Source: the human T2T-CHM13v2.0 reference genome, Homo sapiens
Length of the DNA: 64,000 bases
Assembly: GCF_009914755.1 (NCBI RefSeq)
Contig: NC_060930.1
Reading direction: 5' to 3' (one strand)
The stretch's first letter is position 1, and every line of letters begins with the position of its first letter. The position numbers and the translations under genes are program-made. Positions 1 through 14,476 of this stretch are shown here, piece by piece. The notes beneath the pieces were generated by a model. It was not told the origin of the DNA and did not search any database. It was given only the letters and a program-made list of their open reading frames with translations.

Positions 1-512
1 GGGACAGGACAGGTCTGGAATCTGCCCTCCTGCGCACATTAGGTGGGGTGGGTGGGGGCACTGAGGGGATCCTAGGGGCCAGGAGCTGTGCTGGCTCTGG
101 GGATGCAGCAGTAAGTGCAACACAACCCCCACCCTGAGGACTTCAAGGTCTTTGAGGGCGTGAATAGTGTCACAAAACAGAAAATAGCCAGAAGGAACCC
201 CAGGAGCACTGACAAGTGTCCACTCCAGGCTCTGGGGTGGGGCGGGTGTGCAGGTGGACACAACTTCCTGGAGGAGGAACACCCACAGGGAGGCTCCGTG
301 GACCAATAGCTCCCACCCAGGAGAAGACAAGAGGGAGTCTCAGGTGGAGGCACCCATATGAATCGAGCCCTGGAGGCTGAGACAGCACGGAGGTTCAGAG
401 AGCCTCAGGTGGCAGGACGGGGATGAATGTGGGAATGGGCAGAGGGAAGGGGCAGGGGCCAGCTCCTAGGGGCCTCCAAAGGCATGTGATGTGTGTTTTT
501 ATTTACATGCAC

Positions 513-822
513 AGCCAGGCGTGGTGGCTCACACCTGAAATCCCAGCACTTTGCAAGGCCGAGGCGGGTGCATCACCTGAGCTCAGGAGTTGGAGGCCAG
601 ACTGGGCAACATGGCAAAAACCCATCTCTACCAAAAATGCAAAAAAAAAAAAAAATCGCCAGGGTGGTGGTGTGTGCCTGTGGTCCCAGCTACTTGGGAG
701 ACTGAGGTGGGAGGATAGCTAGAGCCTGGAAGTAGAGGTGGAGGTTGCAGTAAGCCGAGATTGTGCCACTGCACTCCAGCCTGGGTGAGAATGAGACTCC
801 ATCTTAAAAAAAAAAAAAAAAA
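513..822 (+). mobile_element. Alu (AluJ-like)
   Basis: Dimeric Alu consensus, A-rich linker, A tail. Confidence 0.9.
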
Positions 823-989
823 GCACGCATACACAGATTGCGGGTGGCTGGCTGGGGAAACAGCATCCCAAATGAAAGAGCTTGGAACTTCACCCTGTAG
901 GTCAGTGGATCTCAGCTGCGGTGGGAGCATCTTTCAGTATCTCTTCCCACCTCCCATGTGCGAACCAGGCTAAGGAGGTGGGTGGAATG

Positions 990-1400
990 CCCTACACAGA
1001 TTTTAAGCAGGGGAGCGATGTGATCAGATCACTATTTTGGTGGAGTACGCTGGTTACTGTGTAGAGGACAGAAGGAAGAAAGGAGGCTGTGGCAAAGCCC
1101 CATAAGGGGGGAGATGATGAAGTTGGTGGTGGTGGCCTGAGATGAGGGGAACGATGTCAGAAAACATGGGTGGTAGGCGAGCAGTGTTTGCTCGTGGACT
1201 GGATATGGAATGAGGGATGGGGATGTTAAGTATGACCCCTAAGGTGCCCTGAGCCCCCATGATGGGAATATTTGAGATGAAGCCGGCTCGCCAGGAGGAC
1301 GGGAGTGCTGTGGGAGGTTTAGCTAATGTGTTCAGTTTTGGAAGGCTGAGCTACAGGAAGGGCCAGCAGACAGCTGGACATAGGAGCCTGACACTAGGGC
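990..1400. mobile_element. L2 LINE relic (approximate)
   Basis: Resembles L2 motifs (TTTTAAGCAGGGGAGCGATGTGATCAGAT, TTCAGTTTTGGA). Confidence 0.55.
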
Positions 1401-2259
1401 AATGCCAGGGCCCGAGGCACAGGTCTTTACTGGCTGGAGCCTGTTCCCTTTTCAGGCAGTTCTGATTCTAGCAAGGCCTTCCTGCCCCAAACCAGCCTCC
1501 CCCTGGGACTGCCAGAGCTGTGCTCCTTTTTCAGCTGATGGCCTTCCGATGTGTGCAGACAGTGCTTCTGCCTCCCAGTGTGGCACTTTCTCTTGTTGAT
1601 TACAAAGAAGCAGGGATCAACAACTGAGAAAACAAGTCAATTGAATGCTTTCTGCTCTTAGCCCGAGAGAAACAGCTCCTTCTGGGCCTGTCAAGCACCT
1701 TTAGAAGCCAAGCTCGGAGAGATCTGACCCCTTCCCTTCACCTCCCTAAATCTCCTCAAAGGAGGCCAGAGAACGGTGGCATCTGCTTCTCTCTGACTGG
1801 GGTGGGGCGGGGGAGCGGGGACAAAGACAGCTTCTCTCTTTGCAGATGCAGAAAACAAAGCAATGTACTGTATTAGAGCCCTTTCAAATAAATTCATCCA
1901 CACTCCATCTTCACAATAGCCATGTTCAATCTCATTCAGCATGCGAATGTATAACACACCTACTGTGTGCCCGGCAGTGCCCTGGCCAGTGAGGGGAGGC
2001 AACAGACAGGGCTGTCACCTCACCAGCCCTTGGAAAGTCTAGTTGGAACACAAGACCTGCCCACTCAGAACCGACATGCAGGGCAAAGGAGTGGGGGTAG
2101 CATGGGATTTGGATTCAGTGATGGAACTCAAGGCCAGCTCTTCAACTTTGCTGGCTGAGTGGCTGCTAGCATGAGGACAGTGCCAGGATGGTAGGATGGT
2201 TGTAAAATGTGAACCTCTGGGCACACAGTGCTCAGCAGATGGTGACAGAAGACAGTGCT

Positions 2260-2400
2260 GACCTCTGGGTCAGGCATTGTTCCATTAACTTATTTAATTC
2301 TCAGTTTGCATGGCACAGAGTAGTTCAGAGACTTAGCCAAGGTCACGTAGCTAGTAAGTGGTAGAGTCAGGATACGAACCCAAGCAGTTATTTGGGTTAT
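2260..2400. mobile_element. MIR
   Basis: Core CCAAGGTCACGTAGCTAGTAAGTGGTAGAGTCAGGAT. Confidence 0.7.
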
Positions 2401-2495
2401 AAGTATCTGCCATTAAGTGGGTTTGGCATGAACCATGATGTCTGTGGAAGTTCAGACAAGAAAGCACGGGGACAAGAGTGGCTGGGAAGACCTCA

Positions 2496-2836
<341 letters not shown>

Positions 2837-2843
2837 AGGGAGA

Positions 2844-2962
2844 ACACACACATGCACACGCATACACACACACGCACGCGCACACACACATACATGCACA
2901 CACACACACACACGCATGCGCACACACGCAAATACATGCTCACGCACACACACACACATGCA
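2844..2962. repeat. Degenerate (CA)n/(CACG)n microsatellite, (UG)n in the pre-mRNA
   Basis: About 120 bp of near-alternating purine/pyrimidine. Confidence 0.95.
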
Positions 2963-3508
2963 GACATTGTCCCTTGAGGGCAAATGCTACTGTTACACCT
3001 CCAGAGAGACCAGGTGCCTTGTCCGAGGCTCTCCAGCTCTGGGGCTAGAACAAGGAAGGTATCCTGACCTCATTCTCTTGAAGTTTTCATTCTGAAACAG
3101 GTAAGATACTCAGCAGGCCCTGAAACTGTTCTGATTGAAAGCACAAGGCCACCTTGAACTCAGGACCTCAGGTCTCAAGCCCAGAACCTTCGTATACTGG
3201 CTCCCATCGTGCTCCTATCTCTCTTGCTTGTGGGAACTGCTCTTTATGGGGACACTATAACTCGGTGATTTGGAATCAGCCAAGTCTGGGTTGTTTGTGT
3301 CTTGATTTTGCCACTTACTGAATGGTGGAACTTTGGGCAAGTTCTCGCACTTCTCCAAGACTTGGTCTCCTTAACGGTAGAATGGGACAATAACCCCTTT
3401 CTCACAGGAAAACACACCAAGCCCCCAGCCCAGTGCATGGCTCACTACAGTCCTCAGTGACTGGGCCACTTAGTAGTGCAAACCCTGGATTTCGGGTGCC
3501 CACCTCAC

Positions 3509-3584
3509 CTCATAGATGTTGAATTGGCTCTGCCCACGGGCCAGCTCCCGGTAACTGGTGGTGAACTCCCCAATGAAGTCATGG
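3509..3584 (-). CDS. CPNE5: CPNE5 exon 12 (76 nt): [25 protein letters not shown]
   Basis: Acceptor TTGCAG, donor GTGAGG; HDFIGEF motif. Confidence 0.96.
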
Positions 3585-3821
3585 CTGCAAGGGAAGACGG
3601 CTGCTGAGACCAAGGCCAGGCTGTGCCCTGCCTCTGCCCAGCCCCAGCCTTGCACACATCCGTTTCTTTGGCTCCCAATTCTACCTGGGACTCCACTCCA
3701 GGGGCACACGCCAGCAGACAGGCTGGGTCCGTGGGAAGAGAGCCCAGTGTTGCCCACAGAGGAAGAAACCCAATTGTCACCCAGTAAAGAGCAGGGCCCT
3801 GGAAGAACAGCACCCACTTCT

Positions 3822-4430
<609 letters not shown>

Positions 4431-5923
4431 ATTTTTAAAACACAATGAGAGCGATGTCCAGCTGGGTGGCTGCAAGTGTTTTCTGCAGTGCCCACACCTT
4501 CTGGAGTGCTTACATCAAGCACGGCCAAGACTTGTACACGGCAGAACTCCCACTGACCCCAGGGTTGGCTCCTTTAACTTCCCCAGTCACTGCCAGAGGG
4601 CCTTGGTCAATGTGCTGGCCTGGGGCATCCAGCCGGAGACTGATGCCCAAGAGGTGTCCCTGGGGCCCCACCCCCCCACCCCCCACCGTGAGCCTACACT
4701 GTATTGTGTCTACATATTTACAGCTCTCAGCATTCTGACTATGAGCAACTTCATGGTGGGACCCAGTGGCACCTGGTAGCTGTCCCCAACTGGCACAGAA
4801 GAGGAGACTATTCCAGGCAAAGGAGTACAGGAACGCCAGGGTAAGACGAGGCAAATTCCAGGTGGAAACAATGAAGCTGACTGTGAGGTAGCTGAGAGGC
4901 AAGGAGGGGAGGGCATAGCGGCTCTGGAGCTTCTTGCAGGATGGTTGGTCTCAGGGGAAGGAGAGTTCCTTGGAAGGGGGCTTGGGTCTCACCTGGAGCT
5001 GCATTTGCATAGCACTTTACATAAGATAAAACAAACCCCCTGTCCATATCACAGACTTGGGAGGTACCAGCGGACACTGGGGGACCTTGAAGTCCTCCTA
5101 AGTCACTCCTTGGTAGTGCCACAGAATGGAAATGTCACAAAAGTCAGGGTGACATATTTGGATTTGGCTCAGCCGACAAGTAGAAGCCAGGGTGGGTTCT
5201 GGACTGAAGCTTCGAGAGGCCTGCTCTTGTCCTCCTCTATGGAGTCCCAGAAGTACTGGCCTCCCAAAGACCCCGAGTGGGAAGCACCCTCCCAGCAGCC
5301 AGGGACAGCCCTACACAGGCACTGTCTCACGGCCCATGAGTCCACTCACGCCTCCTAGCTCTCCCTTCCCACAGCCCATTCCCTCAGTCCTGGCTCTCTG
5401 CAAACAGCTCCTCTGATGAGCCGAGGGCTGTACGGGTACAATTGGCCTCCCTGCTAGGTTGTGGGGAGTCTCTGAGGGCTGGGCTCCTCTGCATCTCCGT
5501 CACCCCACAATGCTTAGCCCGAGTCTTCACGCGGAAAATGTGTCCATGAATGCTTGAAGTTCACGGTGTCTGTGCCCTAGAACATGCACTCTTCAGAAAG
5601 CCCTAAATTCTGCCACGCGTGGGGAGATTGTGGGTACTGGCGGGCCCCTGGGCAGCTATTTGGGAAAAAGGAGGCCTCTTATGCCCCTCACACCATATCC
5701 TGCAGGACAGAGGTGCTTTGGTGCCTCCGTGGAGCTGGATGGGGAGGAGCTACTGCAGCAGAGGACCCCTCCCCCACCCTCCACACACACGCAAACCCAG
5801 GCTCCCTCACCCCCAGAGCCACTGCGGGGGGGAGCCTGGTCACAGCTCCGCATGGGAGGGCAGGGCCCAGTGGCTGTCCCCATCCCCACTCACCTTCTCG
5901 CCCCTGCCCTCCTGCCTGCTTAC

Positions 5924-5965
5924 CTGCCGTCCCGATCCCAGTCATACACCTCCACCTTGATGGTC
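5924..5965 (-). CDS. CPNE5: CPNE5 exon 11 (42 nt, phase 2-2): TIKVEVYDWDRDG(S)
   Basis: Acceptor TTTGCAG, donor CAG|GTAAGC; YDWD calcium-ligand loop of C2B. Confidence 0.96.
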
Positions 5966-6596
5966 CTGCAAAACAAAGGCCTTTGCTGGGATGGGCCCAA
6001 CCCCACACCCACGTGGCTGAGGATGGGGCCCTCTTCATGTTCCCGGACCAGATAGGGAGGCCAGGACTCCCTCTGGGCCCCAGGGCCCTGGGTGGGGAGG
6101 CAGCGGCTTGAGAGACAAGGATCTCTCTTGAGGCCTTTTAGGAAAGGCCTTAGGAAAAGGGCAGCCAGGGCTGTGTAGGGACTGCCCAGAATTTCAAGGA
6201 GAATGTGGGAAAAACAGCTGCAGACTTCAGTTCACCCCACCTTCTTCTTGGCCACTGCAGAAGGGGCATAAGCTCAGCATGGAGCCGCACTGTGGATTTA
6301 CCAGGGGTGGAGGAGCGGGGAGGTGGGAGTGTGGTGCTCTCTGGATCTCAGGCCCCGGCAGGGTGGAGGGGAGGGAAGAAGACTGCTTGTTGAGGGTCTG
6401 AGGGCTTTGGGTGTGGGAGCCAGCCCTGCACGTCAGGGAGGAGCCCAGGGCCCTGGCTCGGGGATGGCCCGCTGAGCTTTTCCATCCCCACGACTGGCTC
6501 CTGAGTGAGGGTGTAATTATCTTCATATTTTAGCCTGGCTGCTTTAATTAGTTTGTTTTGACTCCTATGCATGCGGATGGGCTTTGAGAGCCCATT

Positions 6597-6624
6597 TTAT
6601 TTTTAGCCACGTTCCCATGGCAAC
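6597..6624. promoter_or_regulatory. Adjacent MEF2-type site (TTATTTTTAG) and RFX X-box (GTTCCCATGGCAAC) in intron 10
   Basis: Matches YTAWWWWTAR at 6597-6606 and GTTNCCATGGNAAC at 6611-6624; function not shown. Confidence 0.5.
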
Positions 6625-7437
6625 AGGCTAGCGGACCAGAGCTGGGAGGAGGGAGGTGGAGGGTTGCGGTTAACCCTTGGTGCCAGCTGCTCGATCCTCC
6701 AGGGATGCCCAGGGACAGGGGAGCTGCCAGGGTCCCACAGCAGGGTCAGGTTTGGGGAGGTGGGAAGGGCCTGGGGAGCTGGGGTCTTCAGCCTTCAGTT
6801 CTTAGTGGGGTGCAGAGAGGCAGCTCCCCGGGCCTATCTTTGTTAACATCCCATCATCTCGCCCATCTCCTCGGGCCTGCCAGGAGTCAGCCTTGGGCTT
6901 CTGTGGCCCCTCCAGGAGGAGGCGCTGTCTCCTTTCAGATGAGCATCCTCAGGACCAAGGGTAGGCGACAGATCCACCGCAGCAGGGCAGAAACTGTTCT
7001 GAATGAAGGAATGCCCAGTAGGTTGTGCACACACTGGATTTCTGTAAACCAGCACTCCTGTACAATGAGGCAGGCATGGAAGCCCACCATTTAAAGGAAT
7101 CCTTTAGATTCTTGTGAAAAACAAAAAACCATGTCTCTCTGAGGTGAATTATTGTGGAAAGGAAAAAAATATCACCTAAGCCCCTGAAGGTGGGTTGATG
7201 AGCTGGAAAGAGTGGAAAGACCAGGACGGCCCTACGCTTGGACCTGGGCCCCTCACTATGGGACCTGAGATGTCACTTAATCTCCCCGAGCCATAAGCCA
7301 CCATTGAAAGGAGAAGTAATAACGGCCTTGCAGAACAGCTGCAAGAACAAGCTAGTAAGGCCCGCCTGCTGCATGGGAGGGTCTCTACAAAAATGCCTCC
7401 TTCTCTCCACTTCATCATTTGGCCGCGCTCTGATAGG

Positions 7438-7787
<350 letters not shown>

Positions 7788-8299
7788 TGAGCCTAGGTAC
7801 TTGGGCTTTGCAACTTCTGATTCAAGCCTGACTGCCTGGCCAAATCAGTGGCAGCTTTTCAGACACAGACTCCCAGGCCCAGCTCTGGGCAAGACTCAGG
7901 AATCTGTTTTCAAGGCTTCCCTAGTGACTGTGCTGTATGTGTTCCGGAGTGATGACCTCCACCCCACTGTCAGATGGGAAAATTGAGCCCTAAGAGCCTC
8001 CAGTGACTTGCCTAGAGTCACCCAGCTGAGGGTCTGAGCCAGAACAAGACCAAAGCCCTGACTCCCAGTCCAGGACTTCGGTCATGGCCCCACAAGGCTG
8101 AAGTCTCTCTACCCCTGCCCAGTGGCCTCCCAGTCCTTCCCCAGACCGCTAAGCTCTGCAGGGGACCTTCAGAGACCCCAGCAAAGAATAGCTCTCCTCT
8201 GACCACCAACACCAGCCCCTCGGGTGACTAGATGGGTGATGACCACATGCTCAGAGGCTGGAGGAGGACCCCAGTCGTGGTGACAGCCCTGCATATCCA

Positions 8300-8620
8300 C
8301 AAAATCACTGGGGAAAATTTTAATCCCAGGCCAGAGGGCCTAATTTAATTGGTCTGGATAGGACTCAGGCCTGGGTAGTTTTGAAAAGTTCTGTGATGGA
8401 TTCTAACATGCAACCAGAGCCACTGACCTTCTCTAGAAGACAGCACTAGTTTTCAAACTTGGTTGCAATTTGGAATCCCCCCAAGAAGCTTTAGAAATAC
8501 TGACACCAATGTCTTACCCGAGAGATTCATGATCAGTTGGTCTGGAGTGCAAGCTGGGCATGGGAATTGTTAAAAGCTCCCCAGGGGGATTTGAACTTGC
8601 AACCCAGGTTGAGACCACTG
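8300..8620. mobile_element. Two adjacent MER5-family hAT elements
   Basis: Ends TTTTCAAACTT ... GTTGAGACCACTG; internal TTGGTCTGG ... AAAAGCTCCCCAGG motifs twice. Confidence 0.7.
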
Positions 8621-8696
8621 AATGAGATTCCTGTGCAAACTCGGCCTGGCCTCCATTAAGGCTCCAGGGATGGCTGCAGCCTGGGGGTCAGATTAG

Positions 8697-9140
<444 letters not shown>

Positions 9141-9684
9141 ATATTCACAGTTCTGTGGCTGTCCACCCTGGTTGGGCTGCCTGAAGTCACTGCAGATGTC
9201 ACTTGTCACCTGCTGGCCTTGGCTCCTAACCCCTTAGCACAGGGCCAACAAAAGCTGCGGTCCAGCTGACTGTGACTTCTGGGGCCGGCACCCAAGAGAA
9301 CAGGCTTATTGGGTGTGGGAAAATGAAATGGGCTTCTGCAGACCACCAAATGAACACCTTATCTGGCATACAAAGGCTCAGGACAGAGGCCTAACCTAGG
9401 AGGCAGCAAAGTGGGCAGAAAAGACCTTCGGCTGTGGGGTGAGCAGCCCTGGCTGGCAGTCTCAGCTCTTCCAAGTACTAGGTCTGTTGCCCCGAGCAAC
9501 TGGCTTAACCCTCAGACACTCCCCTCCTTTCCAAATTGAGAAAAATCACAGCCACTTTGGAGCTGCTGTGCAAGTAAACTATCTCCACGTACAGTCAGCG
9601 CTGGACACATGTTGCTCTGTTCCTGTCTAAAACACTCCATCCCTTTATCCAAGCTCCTGTCTCTCAAACAATTCCCATGCTTCT

Positions 9685-9805
9685 TGAAAATATCAGCTCC
9701 ATGAGGCCCGGGATTTTTGTTTGTTTGTTTCCTGCTGTATCTTCAGCTTCTAGAACAGTGCCTAGCCTATATCAGGTGCTGTATACATATTTGTTGGCTG
9801 ACTGA
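9685..9805 (+). mobile_element. L2 3' end
   Basis: AGCTCCATGAGG ... CTAGAACAGTGCCT ... ATATTTGTTG. Confidence 0.75.
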
Positions 9806-11894
9806 GAGCTCCTAGCAACGTGATGAAATGGGCTGTGCAGGTAATAATACCGTCATTCTACAAAATCACAAAAGGAGGCCAAGAGTATGTGGCTCTCCGT
9901 GAGTCACACAGCTGGTCAGTGGTGATGCCAGGAGTCAGTGACCTGGGCCTCTGGACACCTAGAGCCACAATGACAGAGCCAGATATGTGTGAGCCTGGGC
10001 AAGCCAGCAGGGATGAGAGACACCAGCCAAAACGCCAGGCTGCCCCCACGGCATACCAACTAGCTCTATCTATAGTTTCCTCCCAGCTGAGCTGCAAGGT
10101 CTGCCTCCTAATGAGCCTCTGCCTGGCAGGGGGAAGGTTTCCCTGCGGCTTACAAGTCCCGAGGGCTGACAGGCCCTGAGGGGTTTTGCCTTAAATGGAC
10201 TTGAGTCAGTCCAACACTCAACTCTTCAGGAAGAGGAGCATCAGGGCCTCATCTGGGGCAGGCAGTGAGACTGGCAGCAATCTCGGCCCCCAGGTTGCAC
10301 TGCGCAACACCGGGCAGTGCCGCGGTGACCATGCCTCCCGTCTGAGCCTCAGCTTCTGCATGTGAATACCGAGAACGGTACGACGCCCTTCATCGAGGCC
10401 ATCTGTGGAGATGCCTGATAGGGCGCCTGGCCCTCCTGGGAGCTCATCTGTGGCCGGATGCAAAAGAGAAGGAACTCACACATCAAGGGTGCCAGGCAGA
10501 AGTGGGAAGCTGCGGTGACTCCTTTCCTCTCTCCAGGTGAGGACTCCACACTCTTAACACCCTCTTAAAATCTACTCATTCAGCATCAAGGTGTGAGCAG
10601 CCTGACCCAGACAACTGTGGTTTAACAGGGACAAATCCTCAAGTCACAGAACATTAAGAGAGTAGGGCAAATTCCAGGAAGGCAGGGGAAGTGCTTCCTG
10701 TCATCACCCCACTTTACCCCACCGGAAGGCTGGCTTGGCTCTGATCCTGATGCCACTTCCTGTGACTTCAGCTCTGCTCAGCTAGGTCACTCAGGTTTGG
10801 CCTTGTGTGGACTGGACACATAGCAAAGGCAGGGAGACTCCAGGCCAGAGGGCCAGGCCAGAGGCAATTTCAACAGGAGGGAAATGCAGCTTCTCCTTAC
10901 TCTGGCAAGTTATATAATATCTTCTCTTCTATTTCCCTTGTAAAATAGGCACAGCACTAGACCCGGCTCCTAGGGTTATTGTAAAATTTAAATTCACAAA
11001 ATAAGATAACGCATTTAAACCAATTAGAATACAACTTGGTCCATGTCCTAAGTCCTCAGTAACTGTAATCGTATTACCTGGCTTCTACACCCATCATTCC
11101 GAGAACACTGCCCTTTCTCATCAGGCCCGGGTTCTCATCCTCCTGTACCTCTTCTCACAATAGGAGGGAATGATCCCTGACCGTGCCACCCTCCTCTTAG
11201 TTCCCTCCTATCCCTCTGACCATCTCCTCTTCTTTCTTGCTCCTGGCCTCTGGCATCACCCACAGGGCCTCTCAGGGCACCAGATCTCTGGCCACCCCCC
11301 TCCTGGAGACCCTAGACTGCTGTCCCCTCCTGCTTTAGCGGTGCCTGGTCCACAGCTGCCTCCTCTCAATGTGGCTGAAACCAAGTTTACCTCTCTTTCC
11401 CCAACCTCTCAACAGCAGCAGCTCGTTTTCAAACAACAAACATAATCTTTATAACTTAAGAAGGATAATTTTTTTAAAAATGGGTTTCAGATAGGCTGTG
11501 AAAAGAACTGCGGAACACAAATCTGTGAGTAAGAATCTGGCTGCCGATCACACTGCCCATTTCTGTCGGTGGTGCCACCTTTTCCTGCCCTCAAACGCTG
11601 AACCATTATCCCTTCCCCTCTTTCACTCCCTTACCCAGGCAGGTACCAAGGCCTTTTGGGTCTTCCTCTTCCTTCTTGCTGTTCCCCTCTCCTCTCCCCT
11701 CTGAATTATTTGGTATTAAAGCCAGAAGGACGTTAATGCTTTGAGGACTAAAACCAATCCAAGCAGCTTCCCTACCTCTAATCAGAAAGCAGAACTGCCC
11801 CTAACCCCTGAGCAAGGTGCTCATTAGTAAGCCTCCCCCAGATGCACCCTGGTCACAGCCCTGTCATGCCATGTCTTGGCTATCTGGCAACAGT

Positions 11895-12155
11895 GCATAG
11901 GGATTAACAACACAGAATCTAGAGCCAGGCTGCCGGGGTCCACATCCTGGTTCTACCACCGGCTGGCAGCAAGACACTGGGCAAGTGACTTAATCTCTCA
12001 GGGCCTCTCTGTCTCCTTACCTGTAAAATGTGGCTAGCATCAGCACCTCTTTGCAATGAGCTAATTGTTGGGGGGATTAAATTAGTTCCTATACATAAAG
12101 CACTTAGAGCAGGGCCTGGCCCATGGTTAAGTGCTATAGGAGTCTTTGCTATTAT
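11895..12155. mobile_element. MIR
   Basis: GGGCAAGTGACTTAATCTCTC ... CTGTAAAATG ... AAAGCACTTAGA. Confidence 0.8.
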
Positions 12156-12937
12156 CATGACCTGTCTGTCTCCCCACTGGCCTGGGAGCAACCTAAGAGG
12201 GAGGCTTGGGTCAATAGGCCCCCACAGCACCCAACACAGTGCCTGGGGCCTGACTGGCTTGGAAGACACGGCTGCTGAATTAAATCAACTACGTTCTGTG
12301 AGGCTCCAAGAGGTGTCTTGGAAGGAGGGGACAGTGGCCCCATTTTCCTGCACAGGGCCCTCCCCTGCCTACCCTGGAGGGCCTTCTGATACTGGCACCT
12401 CCTGAGTGTCTGTTGGGTGCGTGGGTTACACTGGGGCTGGGGGGCGGGGGGATAGGCCTGATCGTTCTTGGAGCCAGAGTGACATCCCTGGCCTCCTTGA
12501 TTAACACTACTGTCAGTCACATTATGGAAGATCTGCTTCTGGACATGGGGGAGGGCCATCCTGCAGCGAGATGAGGCTAGGCTCTGCCTCAGAGTGGGAG
12601 GTGGGAGCCTGCCCCTCCCACCAAATAAATACCCACCTCCTCCAACGGCCCAGTGGTGAAGCCAGGCCTCCGAGCCCTGCTGCCCCTTTCACTGTCCCTG
12701 ACAAAGCTGGCTCCTGCAACCCTGGGAGCTCCTCTCTAGAGATACAGGGTTGTGAGGGGTCAGTTGGGCCAGGGATCCCCAATTCCTTCTGCCCTGTGAG
12801 ACTTTAACTGCCATACTCTCCCATCCCCCTACCTTGAATTTCCTCTCACTTTGTTTCCATCTCCCTTTATTCCCGTGCCCCTGTCCCCAGGATCCTCCAC
12901 CCCTGACTTTCCAGCCTTTCCTGGGCCTTCTTTAGAA

Positions 12938-12991
12938 CTCACTGCTCCAACCAGCCCGTCCTCTCACTGCTCCAACCAGCCTGTCCTCTCA
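12938..12991. repeat. 25-bp tandem duplication (1 mismatch)
   Basis: CTCACTGCTCCAACCAGCC(C/T)GTCCT x2. Confidence 0.95.
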
Positions 12992-13439
12992 TCCCCTCAC
13001 CCACTCTAGAAGCCCCAGGAGCCAGCTAGATGTGTAACAGAGGCTTGTTTGACTGCAGCGCTAAGACCGTCTTTGTTCCCAGTCTTATTTTGTGCACTTA
13101 TTTATCTGTCTAAAATACATGTGCACATCTGTGCTGCCTGTGGTCAGACCACAGTCTCCCTAAAGATGGGAAGGCGACCCTGTTCGTTTAAATCCGCATA
13201 GCTAGAGGCGCCACGCTGGGACACAGGAGGCACTCAGTGACCACCTGTGGAACAGACTGTGGCTCTTCTGTCCCAGCCAAGAGGCAGGAAAAAGAACAAG
13301 CTCATGTCTCAAACTGGCAGCCTGGGGGTTTCTTCGGAGTGTAACAGGGGTGCCTGGAGGCCATTCATCTGCTGATCATCCCCTCAACATGCCTTTTCAG
13401 GCTCCCAGCTGCCCCAAGGTGTCTGGTTTTGTTTGTTTG

Positions 13440-13785
13440 TTTTCTTTTTTGTCTTTAAGGTTTTCTTTTTTTTTTCTTGAGACAGCATCCCAAGCTGGAG
13501 TGCAGTGGTGCAATCATAGCTCATTGCAGCCTTGAACTCCTGGGCTCACGTGATCCTTTTGCCTCAGCCACCTGAGTAGCTGGGTCCACAGATGTGCGCC
13601 ACTATACCCAGATAAGTTTTTTTAATGTTTTAATTTTTTTAAATTTAGTTTTAAATTTTTAAATTTTTTTTTGTAAAGATGGGGGTCTCACTATGTTACG
13701 CGGGCTGGTCTTGAACTCCTGGATTCAAGCCCATCTCAGCCTCCCAAAGTGTTGGGATTACAGGCGTGAGCCACCACGCCTGACC
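13440..13785 (-). mobile_element. AluJ with expanded AT-rich linker
   Basis: Antisense Alu consensus. Confidence 0.9.
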
Positions 13786-14476
13786 CCAGGTGTCTGTTTC
13801 GACACCCCAGTGCTCCTGTCGGAGTGGCCCAGAGGCCCAGCTTTCTTAGCTGTCCAGAGAGCCCTGCCCATGAGCCCCCTACCAGCTCACCCACCTGAGC
13901 TGCAGCAATCACCAGGAGACAGGGATGGGTTCTCCTGACTCAACAGAAACCAACACAGTCTCACAGCTCCCATTTTGGGTGGTGGCCCCACTCGCTCTCT
14001 CGGCGCTTGCTACAATGTATAATTACATGTTTCCTTGTGTGATTATTGGATTAATGTCTGCCTCCCCTACTGGCATGTAAACACCACTAGGTTGGGTGAA
14101 GGGTGAAGACTGCACCCTGCTGATTTCCCAGCATCTAGCACAGTGCCTGGTACATGACAGGGGTTCCCTAAACATTTGTGGATGAGATGCTGAATTTGGT
14201 ATTTTAGGCACAACAGAGCCTCGTTGTGTAGGTTGTGTCGTGTGAGCGTCAATGCAGTCCTGTAGAGTAGGCAGACATTTTAATACCCATTTTACAGATA
14301 AGGAAACTCAGGCTCAGACAGGTCAAGGATTGCCCAGGTTGACAGTGCTTTTTGGTCACAGAGTCAGAATTAGCAACCAGGTATCTGGTATCTACACTCA
14401 ACAATCTACACTCAAATGATGATGAAGATGATAGCCAACATGTAATAAGAGTAGGCATATGTTAAAACAAAAAATC

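Noticed and set aside
1798-1820. G-quadruplex motifs (also near 42-60, 12433-12451, 45250-45273)
   Set aside because: Common in GC-rich human introns; nothing singles these out.
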